Shown one piece after another: positions 15,556-23,333 of a DNA stretch of 64,000 nt. Within the stretch, counting starts at the first letter, position 1. Each line of letters begins with the position of its first letter. The position numbers and the translations under genes were made by a program. The notes under the pieces are model-generated. The model worked only from the letters and a program-made list of their open reading frames with translations. It had not been told where the DNA came from and ran no database searches. Source of the stretch: Coriobacteriia bacterium (lineage in GTDB: Bacteria; Actinomycetota; Coriobacteriia; Coriobacteriales; Eggerthellaceae); assembly GCA_030523425.1 (NCBI GenBank), contig JAUNIP010000003.1, positions 11,245-75,244 of the forward strand, given 5' to 3'.

Positions 15556-17394
15556 GTGCCCACTGACCAGGCCATAGTGCGAGACCCCGCAGCTTTGCGC
15601 GCCGCGCAGCGCGGGGCCGCCCGCAGCCCGCTAATCCAACGCGCGCTAATGTACCTGCTGAAGGCCGTGGTGGTGCTAGGCGTCATTTGCGTGGCGTCTT
15701 TGGCGCTGCCGTATGTGCCTTCGCCGGTTGCGGCGCTGCTGTGGGCGGTGGCCAGCGGCGTGGTGGCCTTGGGGTTTGCCTATCCGTACGTGGTGCGCAA
15801 GCTGCACCGGCAACTCACGCTGACCGGCGTGGGCCCCTTGGCCCGCTGGAACGCCGGACGCGTGGTGTGTTTGCTGGTCAGTTTTGTGCTTGCTGCCGCG
15901 CTGATGGCGGGGCTCATGTTTTCGGTGCCCAAGTGGGGTGTGTCCGAATGGGTGTTGGCTGTGGTGGCCATCCCGCTGTTCTTCGGCGTGTTGTTGCTGG
16001 TAGAGCGCGTGTTCGCGAAGGGCATCAAGCAGCCCTACCAAACCAGTAGCGCGCTGAAGTGGGCGGGTCTTATAACCGGCGCGCTGTTATGCGCGGTGTA
16101 CGCCCTTGTGTGCGCGCTTACGCCGGCGCCTACGTTCCCCACGGCGGCCGGTGCCTTCATGGCGGCCGCCAACCCGTTTGAAAGTTCGCCCAGCATGCTG
16201 CTTTCGGAAGCGGGCACGTATGGCGCGCTGATTGACGGGCTGACCGCTTTCGGTCTTTCGCAGGCCGCTGACCAGGTGTTTGTGGGATACGTGGTGTGGA
16301 AATGCGTGCTGGAGGCTTCTGTATTCTTCGGCATTTCCACGGTTTTGTGGTTTTGCAGCATCCCGCAGGAAGAGCTGCTGCGCGTGTTTCGCCCGCTGGG
16401 CGCCAACCCCGAAGATGGCCTGCGCCAGCCGCTGCGCCCCGCGTATGTGATTGAGGCCGTGCTGCTGCCGGTGCTGCTGGTGGCGGCCTTCATGGGCGTG
16501 GATGCCCAGTTCTCCCAGATTGCCGAAACGCAGGAATATTCCGCGGCCAAGCAGTTCGTGCGCAATCAGGTGAACCTGGTGGTGGTGGAATGGGGCGGCT
16601 CATACTACGAATACCAGCCTTCGTTGGTGGAGCTGCTAGACGATATGAAGGCACGCTCTGAAGCCTTGGCCGCCGAAGCTGCCGACCAGATGGTGCCGCT
16701 GATCAACGCGTCCTACGACGCGCGCCTGGCAAATGTAGATTCCTATCTGGACTGGTACTACAGCTTGCCTGCCGACTACGAGCGCCTGTTCAACACGGTG
16801 GTAGGCACCGTGGACGAACTGGTTGCCACCCAGCTGAGCGAAAGGATTGAAGCCGGCATAGACGATTCGCAACTGGAAGCGCTCGTCCAGAGCTACTCCG
16901 AGCAGGCTGCCGCGCTAGACGCTGAATTCCAGGACAAGCTGAGGTACTTCAAGCTGGAAGGCTACCCCGATTGGCTGGTTTCCGCGAAGTCCGCGCTGGA
17001 CTTCAGTGCCCCGCTGCAGGCCACCCAGCAGCTGATGACCGCGCAGGAACGCTTCGTGGCCGCTGGTGTGGCGGGCCTGGTGGCAGGCATTGTGGCCAAG
17101 CAGGTGGTGGGCAAGCTGGTGCAAAAGCAGTTCTTCAAGCGCATTGTCGCCATGGTGGTGGAAAAACTGGGCGTGGCTTCGGCAAGCACGGCCATAGGGG
17201 CCACCGTGGGCACCGTGGGCGGGCCGCTGGGCACCGCGGCGGGTGTGCTGGTGGGCGCCGGCATCGGCATTTTGGTAGACACTGCTATGCTGAAGATTGA
17301 TGAGGCGCAAAACCGCGCCAGCTACCGCGAAGAGATAGTGGCCGGCATAGAAGAATCCCGTGCCGACGCGCTGGCCATGGTAGGTGCCGCGTAG
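15556..17394 (+). CDS. Large polytopic membrane protein of unknown function (612 aa)
   Basis: GTG start 15 nt after the SPFH stop. About 8 N-terminal hydrophobic segments, a ~200-aa helical soluble region, and a C-terminal glycine-zipper-like TM pair (GATVGTVGGPLGTAAGVLVGAGIGILV). No family recognised. Confidence 0.6.
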   Translation: MPTDQAIVRDPAALRAAQRGAARSPLIQRALMYLLKAVVVLGVICVASLALPYVPSPVAALLWAVASGVVALGFAYPYVVRKLHRQLTLTGVGPLARWNAGRVVCLLVSFVLAAALMAGLMFSVPKWGVSEWVLAVVAIPLFFGVLLLVERVFAKGIKQPYQTSSALKWAGLITGALLCAVYALVCALTPAPTFPTAAGAFMAAANPFESSPSMLLSEAGTYGALIDGLTAFGLSQAADQVFVGYVVWKCVLEASVFFGISTVLWFCSIPQEELLRVFRPLGANPEDGLRQPLRPAYVIEAVLLPVLLVAAFMGVDAQFSQIAETQEYSAAKQFVRNQVNLVVVEWGGSYYEYQPSLVELLDDMKARSEALAAEAADQMVPLINASYDARLANVDSYLDWYYSLPADYERLFNTVVGTVDELVATQLSERIEAGIDDSQLEALVQSYSEQAAALDAEFQDKLRYFKLEGYPDWLVSAKSALDFSAPLQATQQLMTAQERFVAAGVAGLVAGIVAKQVVGKLVQKQFFKRIVAMVVEKLGVASASTAIGATVGTVGGPLGTAAGVLVGAGIGILVDTAMLKIDEAQNRASYREEIVAGIEESRADALAMVGAA

Positions 17395-17455
17395 GCGGAC
17401 GGCCCGTGTAAGCGCGCGGCTTGGCGCGCGGGGTTGCGGCCGCAGGCGTGCCGCG

Positions 17456-18355
17456 CTAAAACCGAAGGCGCTTGGATTTGAACAGCGATTCGGCGGTCAC
17501 CAGCGCCAGGCCAACCCAGATGCAGCCCAGGCATACAGCGTGAGCCTGCGTGAAGGGTTCGCCAAATGCGAACACGCCCAAAAGCAAGGCTATCGTGGGG
17601 CTTAAGAACTGGACGAACCCCAGCAGGGAAAGCGGGATGTTGTTGGCCGCATGGGCAAACAACAGCAACGGGATGGCCGTGATGGCTCCCGATCCCACCA
17701 GCAGCAGCGTGATTATCCAGCCGTGCGCGCTGGCGGTGTCGCCCAAGAACGCATGCTGCCCAGTGGCAAACGCCAGCCCCACCGCAAAGGCAATCGCGGG
17801 CAGCACCAGGATGACGTTTTCCATGGCCAGCGCCTGGATGGCGGGGTAGCCCGCGCGCTTCTTCACCGCGCCGTAGGTGCCAAACGTAAGGGCCAGCGTA
17901 AGGGCAATCCAAGGGAATTGGCCATAATTCAGCGTGAAGTACACCACGCCCACCGCGCACAGCACCACCGCAATGGTTTGAGGCTTAGTCAGGCGTTCGC
18001 GGAACAGCACCATGCCCAGAAGGATAGACACCAGCGGGTTAATGTAGTACCCCAGCGATGTTTCGATGATGTTGTTGATGTTCACAGCGTAGATGTAGGT
18101 GCCCCAGTTGATGGTGATCAGTACCGCCGCCGGAACCAAAAACGCCCATGCGCGCTTGGTACGCAGCAGCGCAGGCAGGTTCAGCCGCAGCACGGCGCAG
18201 GCGCCAATCGTCAGCACCGCGCACCAGATGATACGATGCGCGATGATTTCCAGGCTGTTTGCTTCCTGCAGCAGCTTCCAGTACAGCGGACATAAGCCCC
18301 AAAAGATGTAGCACCCCAAGCTGGCCAAGGTGCCTTTCTTTTCTGCTGGTGTCAT
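17456..18355 (-). CDS. rarD: RarD-type EamA/DMT transporter
   Basis: Start taken at MTPAEKKGTLASLGCYIFWGLCPLYWKLL, the RarD-type N-terminal signature. Ten hydrophobic segments. The upstream in-frame extension to 18412 has no RBS support. Confidence 0.7.
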   Translation of the reverse strand: MTPAEKKGTLASLGCYIFWGLCPLYWKLLQEANSLEIIAHRIIWCAVLTIGACAVLRLNLPALLRTKRAWAFLVPAAVLITINWGTYIYAVNINNIIETSLGYYINPLVSILLGMVLFRERLTKPQTIAVVLCAVGVVYFTLNYGQFPWIALTLALTFGTYGAVKKRAGYPAIQALAMENVILVLPAIAFAVGLAFATGQHAFLGDTASAHGWIITLLLVGSGAITAIPLLLFAHAANNIPLSLLGFVQFLSPTIALLLGVFAFGEPFTQAHAVCLGCIWVGLALVTAESLFKSKRLRF

Positions 18356-18445
18356 GGGTGTCCTTTGCGTGTGGGCGGTGTGCGAATGGGTGCGCTCTAT
18401 GATACCCCCCAAACGGGGCGCGTGGTCAAGCGCGCAGCGTGATTG

Positions 18446-19192
18446 CTAGGACCCGCCGAAGAGCACGGTCAGAAAGCGGGTGGCGCTGCGCAGCTTCACG
18501 ATGATGGGGCTAGCGCCGTTCAGTCTGACGTAGTTGTAGCAAAACACTTTCACCGCAGGGCCCACCAGGAAATAGCTCACTAGCATGGCAAAGGGCGCGG
18601 AAAGCGGCAGGCCTTCCAGATAGAAGCTCAGGAAGTCGTTGCCAGCCAGCAAAACGCTGACCACCAGGCTGACCATGGGGCACATGACCACCACGTTTGC
18701 CGCGGTGATGGCCACCGCTTTCGGCACGCCGGTCAGACGTGGGGCTATCAGGTGGCTGATGATGGGGTTGGTGATGGCGTCGCCTAAGGTGTAGCGGATC
18801 AGGAACGCCACGCAGAATACCACGGGATAGAACCAGTGCATGTAGCGCACGAAGTCCAGGCCGTCGTGGCGGATGCCGTTGTAGGTGGCCATGAACGTGA
18901 CCATGCCGCCCACCATCAGCAGCTGGAACAAGAATTTGCGCACGTGGTCGGTGGGGATGGGGGCCGTGCCCTTCAGGCAGTCCAAGTAAGTTATGTGTTC
19001 GGGCATAGCGGGGTCGGGCGCGGGTGAACTGGCGGCCACGGCGGGCGCGGGCTCGGGCGCGTGGCCAGCGGCGGCGGGTGCGGGCGCGTTACCAGCGGTA
19101 GCGGACTGTGCGGTCAGGGTGTTTTCTGCGTTGTGGTCAGGTGTTACTTCGTCAAGTGCGGCCTGCGTGTGTGTGATGTGCTCTTCTGCCAT
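18446..19192 (-). CDS. Membrane protein of unknown function with Ala/Pro-rich N-terminal tail
   Basis: ATG at 19192 preceded by AGGAGA. Four or more hydrophobic segments in the C-terminal 170 aa. The ORF-track extension to 19447 runs through the MITE-like repeat and is rejected. Confidence 0.55.
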   Translation of the reverse strand: MAEEHITHTQAALDEVTPDHNAENTLTAQSATAGNAPAPAAAGHAPEPAPAVAASSPAPDPAMPEHITYLDCLKGTAPIPTDHVRKFLFQLLMVGGMVTFMATYNGIRHDGLDFVRYMHWFYPVVFCVAFLIRYTLGDAITNPIISHLIAPRLTGVPKAVAITAANVVVMCPMVSLVVSVLLAGNDFLSFYLEGLPLSAPFAMLVSYFLVGPAVKVFCYNYVRLNGASPIIVKLRSATRFLTVLFGGS

Positions 19193-19360
19193 GATTGTCT
19201 CCTGTTTTTTTCGAGCACCCACTTTAGCACGCAGCGCCGCGTCAGCAAGTCGGGTTTTTTCTTGAACTTTCGGCCAGCGGCTTCCGGCGGCTGCGCTGCA
19301 GCCTGCACGTAGCGCGCGTACGGCTTGTGGGCAGAGGCGAAAGTGTGCTTGCAAAGGGGC

Positions 19361-19603
19361 TTTTGACGCAGTTTTCCGTTTTTGTGGGCAGAATCTACGT
19401 TTTTCCGCGTGGATTTGTGCGGAGCGCCTACACTTTGTGGAATCCAAAGTGACTAGGAAATTGAAAATCCCTGGTCAGGAGCATGGTTCTAAAGCAGATG
19501 GAAACCTGTCTGGATCAAGGAGACCCCGCCAACCTTCCAACAGAGCTAAATCCACGCGGAAAAACGTAGATTCTGCCCACGAAATCCGAAATCTGCGTCA
19601 AAA
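19361..19603. repeat. MITE-like element or large imperfect hairpin bounded by ~56-bp inverted repeats
   Basis: 19384-19416 (GTGGGCAGAATCTACGTTTTTCCGCGTGGATTT) is the perfect reverse complement of 19548-19580. Pairing continues imperfectly (19 of 23) out to 19361 and 19603. The 131-bp spacer appears lower in GC. Confidence 0.6.
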
Positions 19604-19722
19604 ACGGTTTTTGGCCGGCTGCAGGGGAGGGCTTGCCGCCTTGGAACCGTACCAACAGGAATCCCCAACCGCATCCCACCCCCCCGAACGAGGGCTCACG
19701 CAAGCGAGACGCAGAGGTGGGG

Positions 19723-20460
19723 TTATTCCTGCTTGTCAGTTAGCCGTGCTTCGCATTCGGGGCAGACAGCGGTCGATTCTTCCAGGATGCTGCCGCAGTT
19801 TGGGCAAGCGCGAAGCCCGTCTAGTGTCTCGGTTGCGTAATGGATGACGTTTCCCGCTTTGTTTCCGCCAACACCCGTGAACTCTACGCAAATCTCAAAC
19901 TCCTCCGGCGCTTCCAGCCCTACAATCATCAACGGGGTGGGCAGCATGCCGTAAAGAGGCTTGCAGTATTGCACGTAATCTTCAAAGGTGCCGATGGCGC
20001 TATCGAAGCCGCCCGCAGTTTTCATTTCCTGCGTGGCGGTAATAATGACACCGCCCGAAGTCTGGATGGCCTTTTGCACGTGGTTCAGCTCGCTGGCCAG
20101 CGTGGGTTTGATAAGGTTCCACGAAATGTCGGAGCGGTGGTTAAACGCTACTTCCACGCTCAGCGCGTCCTTTGCGAAATCCAGCCGCCATGTGCCTTTT
20201 GCGTTTGCGCCGTAAACTTCATCTGCGAAGATGTAGCTTTCAGACGCCCAGCCGCGGTCGGTCAGCTGTTTCTTGATAAGGCGGTTGATGGCTTGGCTGA
20301 TAGACTTTGCCTTGCGCGCCTCGCCCTCAAACTCCTCAACAATCATTTCGTCGGTGATGGCCGTTAATGCTTCTTGGATTTCAGCCCACAAGGTGGAATA
20401 CTCATCCAGATTAGCAAACAGATGGTCGGCGTGACGATGTCCGTAGGTTTTAAATTTCAT
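19723..20460 (-). CDS. BglII/BstYI-family type II restriction endonuclease with C-terminal zinc ribbon
   Basis: ATG at 20460 after AAGGAG. Resembles BglII as I recall it: HADHLF..LW.EI at the N-terminus, WRLDFAKDALSVEVAFNH (D..EVxF catalytic region), and VIITAT...PLMIVGL. Extra C-terminal CPNCGSILEESTAVCPEC. Divergent from an m5C methyltransferase gene. Confidence 0.65.
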   Translation of the reverse strand: MKFKTYGHRHADHLFANLDEYSTLWAEIQEALTAITDEMIVEEFEGEARKAKSISQAINRLIKKQLTDRGWASESYIFADEVYGANAKGTWRLDFAKDALSVEVAFNHRSDISWNLIKPTLASELNHVQKAIQTSGGVIITATQEMKTAGGFDSAIGTFEDYVQYCKPLYGMLPTPLMIVGLEAPEEFEICVEFTGVGGNKAGNVIHYATETLDGLRACPNCGSILEESTAVCPECEARLTDKQE

Positions 20461-20632
20461 GGCGTGCTCCTTTGATGTTGAAGATCCGCAAACGCGCTTG
20501 ATCTTCGGGCGCATTGGCGGTAGAATCGTTGGCACACATCCTAACAAACATTCCTGCGTTTCGATCTTGGCAACGCAGGGCGGATCTGGGATCGTAGAAT
20601 CCATTGGCACATCGAATGCGAAGGAGCACCCC

Positions 20633-21895
20633 ATGGCCAACACTAAGATCCGCGTGGCGGAGCTATTCGCTGGCGTGGGCGGTTTCCGCCTTGCGCTAGA
20701 CGGCTATCACGACCCTCGCCACCCGGAGTTTAATATGCCCGCTGCGGGCCCGTTTGAAACCGTGTGGGCCAACCAGTGGGAACCCCCTGGAACCACTACC
20801 AAGCAGTTTGCTTGGCGCTGCTACGAACAGCGTTTCGGCGAAGGCTCCTGCGTCAACGAAGACATAGAAAAGGTGCTAGACGGCTACGAGGCCGGCCAGC
20901 TTACCATTCCCGATTTCGACATGCTGGTGGGCGGTTTTCCCTGCCAAGACTATTCGGTGGCTAAGCCGCTGCCGAAGGCTAAGGGCATAGAGGGCAAAAA
21001 AGGCGTACTGTGGTGGAGCATCTATCGCACCATCCATCTGAAGCGCCCGAAATATTTGCTGCTTGAAAACGTAGACCGCCTGCTGAAAAGCCCTACTGGG
21101 CAGCGGGGGCGCGACTTTGCCATCATGCTCAGCTGCCTGAACGAAGAAGGCTATTCCGTGGAATGGCGCGTGGTGAACGCTGCGGACTACGGCATGCCGC
21201 AGAAGCGCCGTCGCGTGTACATTTACGGAGAGCTCACTGACCAGGAATGGAACTTAGATGCGCGCATTTTGTCGGAGGGCATCATGGCCAAGGCGTTTCC
21301 TGTGCAGCAGGATTATTCTGTAGTGTACGCGCTTGACCTGGCGCGCGATCCGTACGAAGTAAGCCAGGATTTCGGTCGGGGCATGAAAGAAAGCCCCTTC
21401 CAGTACGCAGGAGCCATGCAAAACGGGCAGGTGCTGTCCATTAAAACCACGCCAGGGTATTGCGGCCCCTCCGCCACGCTAGGCGACATTGTGGTGCCCG
21501 ACGCCGAAGTGCCTGAGCGCTTCTTTATTCCTGAAGAGCAGTTGTCCAAGTGGGAGTATCAACGCTCCGCGAAGAAGGAGCCGCGCACTACGGCGGCAGG
21601 CTTCACCTACACGTATTCCGAAGGCGCCATGCCTTGGCCCGACCCGCTAGACCGGCCGGCTCGCACCATCCTAACCGGCGAAGGCGGCGCGTCCGCCAGC
21701 CGTATGAAGCATGCCGTGCGGGGGGACAGCGGTCGTTTTCGCCGGTTGGTGCCCGACGAGCTGGACCAAATCCAAATGTTCCCCAAAGGTTGGACAAACA
21801 CCGGCATGACCGACGGCCACCGAGCTTTCTGCATGGGAAACGCCCTGGTGGTGGGTGTTCCGCACGCCATCGGGAAGGCCATGTGCAATAGTTAA
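20633..21895 (+). CDS. DNA (cytosine-5)-methyltransferase
   Basis: ATG at 20633 after AAGGAG. Motif I ELFAGVGGF, motif IV GGFPCQDYS, motif VI LLENV, motif VIII QKRRRVY, motif X GNALVVG. Confidence 0.9.
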   Translation: MANTKIRVAELFAGVGGFRLALDGYHDPRHPEFNMPAAGPFETVWANQWEPPGTTTKQFAWRCYEQRFGEGSCVNEDIEKVLDGYEAGQLTIPDFDMLVGGFPCQDYSVAKPLPKAKGIEGKKGVLWWSIYRTIHLKRPKYLLLENVDRLLKSPTGQRGRDFAIMLSCLNEEGYSVEWRVVNAADYGMPQKRRRVYIYGELTDQEWNLDARILSEGIMAKAFPVQQDYSVVYALDLARDPYEVSQDFGRGMKESPFQYAGAMQNGQVLSIKTTPGYCGPSATLGDIVVPDAEVPERFFIPEEQLSKWEYQRSAKKEPRTTAAGFTYTYSEGAMPWPDPLDRPARTILTGEGGASASRMKHAVRGDSGRFRRLVPDELDQIQMFPKGWTNTGMTDGHRAFCMGNALVVGVPHAIGKAMCNS

Positions 21896-22010
21896 CGCAA
21901 AATTGTTGTACAAACAGGGGTACCATAAGCAGTAGCGTTAATCGAATCGGATTCAGGGGTGAAGCGCCACCGAAGCGTGGTCATTGCCCATTCGATAGAA
22001 CGGACATGCT

Positions 22011-23216
22011 ATGGAAGTCCCGTATAGCCAACTTGGCACTGCTGATTTGCTTGTCGAAACAATCTATAAGGGTGGTGTGGGTAATCTGGAAGAACCCATT
22101 CACCACCTGTTTCCTAAATGCGGCAACATGGGTGGTTTTCGCAAGGTTCGTCGTGCGGACGGCTCTGGAAAGCTTGCCTACGTAATTCTTTACACCACCA
22201 TGAGCGAACTGGAATGGCCGGACTATCTGGACAGCGAAACGGGCGTGTTTAGGTATTACGGCGACAATCGCAAGCCTGGCCGCGAATTGACCGACACCCA
22301 TGCGCGTGGGAATGCCCTGCTGGAAGAAGTTTTCACCAGGCTAGGGGATAGCGAAGGGCGCAAGGACATTCCGCCGTTTTTCATTTTCAAAAAGGTTGGC
22401 GCTGCGGGGCGCGATGTTCAATTTTTGGGCATGGCGGCGCCCGGCAATTCTAAGATTTCGCCCGACCGTGACTTGGTGGCGTTTTGGCGGACCATGGGCG
22501 ATGCGCGCTTTCAGAACTACGAAGCGTACTTCACCATTCTGGACACGGGCGCTGTCCCTATTTCCCAGCAGTGGCTGAAATCGCTCATAGACGACCACGA
22601 TAACAATCTTGAATATGCACCGTTGGTGTGGCGCGAATTCGTGAACAAGGGGCGGGACGGTATCGTGGCGCTCAAGGCCCCGCGCATCGTAACCATTCCT
22701 TCTAAGTATGACCAGCTGCAAAGCGATGTTCAGGGCATGCAGTGCCTGAAGGCCATCCGGGGGCATTATGCCAACAATCCCTACGGCTTCGAGGCCTGTG
22801 CAACCAACATCATAAGCAAGATGGACAACAATTTCGTAGACTTCACACTGACCAGGCCGTGGCGTGACGGCGGCAGGGATGCCATGGGCTACTATGCCAT
22901 TCAGCCCGGCGGTCACGCAAACTATCCGTTAAAGATTGACTGTGCGCTGGAGGCGAAGTGCTACGCGGAAAACAATGGCGTTGGCGTGCGGCAGATGTCG
23001 CGTTTGATTTCGCGTATTCGCTACAGGCAGTTTGGGATTATGGTAACCACAAGCTATGTGGACAAACAGGCCTACGGCGAAGTGGTCGAGGATGGACATC
23101 CCATTCTGATAGTTACTGCTTCCGATATTGCGGCCATTCTGCGTAGCAACGCCGTTACGCCTTCCAATGTTGGCGACTGGCTGAAATCAGTTGACGGCCA
23201 GCGCGAACGGTACTAA
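22011..23216 (+). CDS. Putative modification-dependent (type IV) restriction enzyme: SRA/YDG-like N-domain plus Mrr-type PD-(D/E)xK C-domain
   Basis: N-terminal LAYVILYTTMSELEWPDYLDSETGVFRYYGDNRKPG...ARGNALL parallels SRA-domain blocks (AYSLVL..GGY.DD.D.G..F.YTG.GG...GN.AL). C-terminal RDGGRDAMGYY...IDCALEAKCY (D...E.K) and GIMVTTSY resemble Mrr_cat. Gene appears lower in GC than its neighbours. Confidence 0.55.
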   Translation: MEVPYSQLGTADLLVETIYKGGVGNLEEPIHHLFPKCGNMGGFRKVRRADGSGKLAYVILYTTMSELEWPDYLDSETGVFRYYGDNRKPGRELTDTHARGNALLEEVFTRLGDSEGRKDIPPFFIFKKVGAAGRDVQFLGMAAPGNSKISPDRDLVAFWRTMGDARFQNYEAYFTILDTGAVPISQQWLKSLIDDHDNNLEYAPLVWREFVNKGRDGIVALKAPRIVTIPSKYDQLQSDVQGMQCLKAIRGHYANNPYGFEACATNIISKMDNNFVDFTLTRPWRDGGRDAMGYYAIQPGGHANYPLKIDCALEAKCYAENNGVGVRQMSRLISRIRYRQFGIMVTTSYVDKQAYGEVVEDGHPILIVTASDIAAILRSNAVTPSNVGDWLKSVDGQRERY

Positions 23217-23333
23217 TATTACATTACCGCGTAGGGAGGGGGTGCGGCGCCACCGGCAAGAAGCCCCTGCTGAAGTAAGGCGCGTCCCCTACAGCAGCAC
23301 GCGGCCGGTCTCCAAAGCAGAACCGCTTGCGGG

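Noticed and set aside
18446-19447. N-terminal extensions given by the ORF track (18446..19447, 19723..20643, 20459..21895, 29143..30435, 53893..54735, 59323..60933 and others)
   Set aside because: The internal ATG/GTG/TTG codons are preceded by good Shine-Dalgarno sequences and coincide with the start of the recognisable protein or signal peptide. The extensions run through intergenic or repeat sequence.
20605-20619. Sigma-54-like element TGGCAC-N5-ATGC upstream of the methyltransferase
   Set aside because: There is one mismatch in the -12 element. It lies only ~14 nt before the ATG, so the transcript would start inside the RBS. No enhancer-binding protein is nearby. It is more likely part of the direct repeat noted in the findings.
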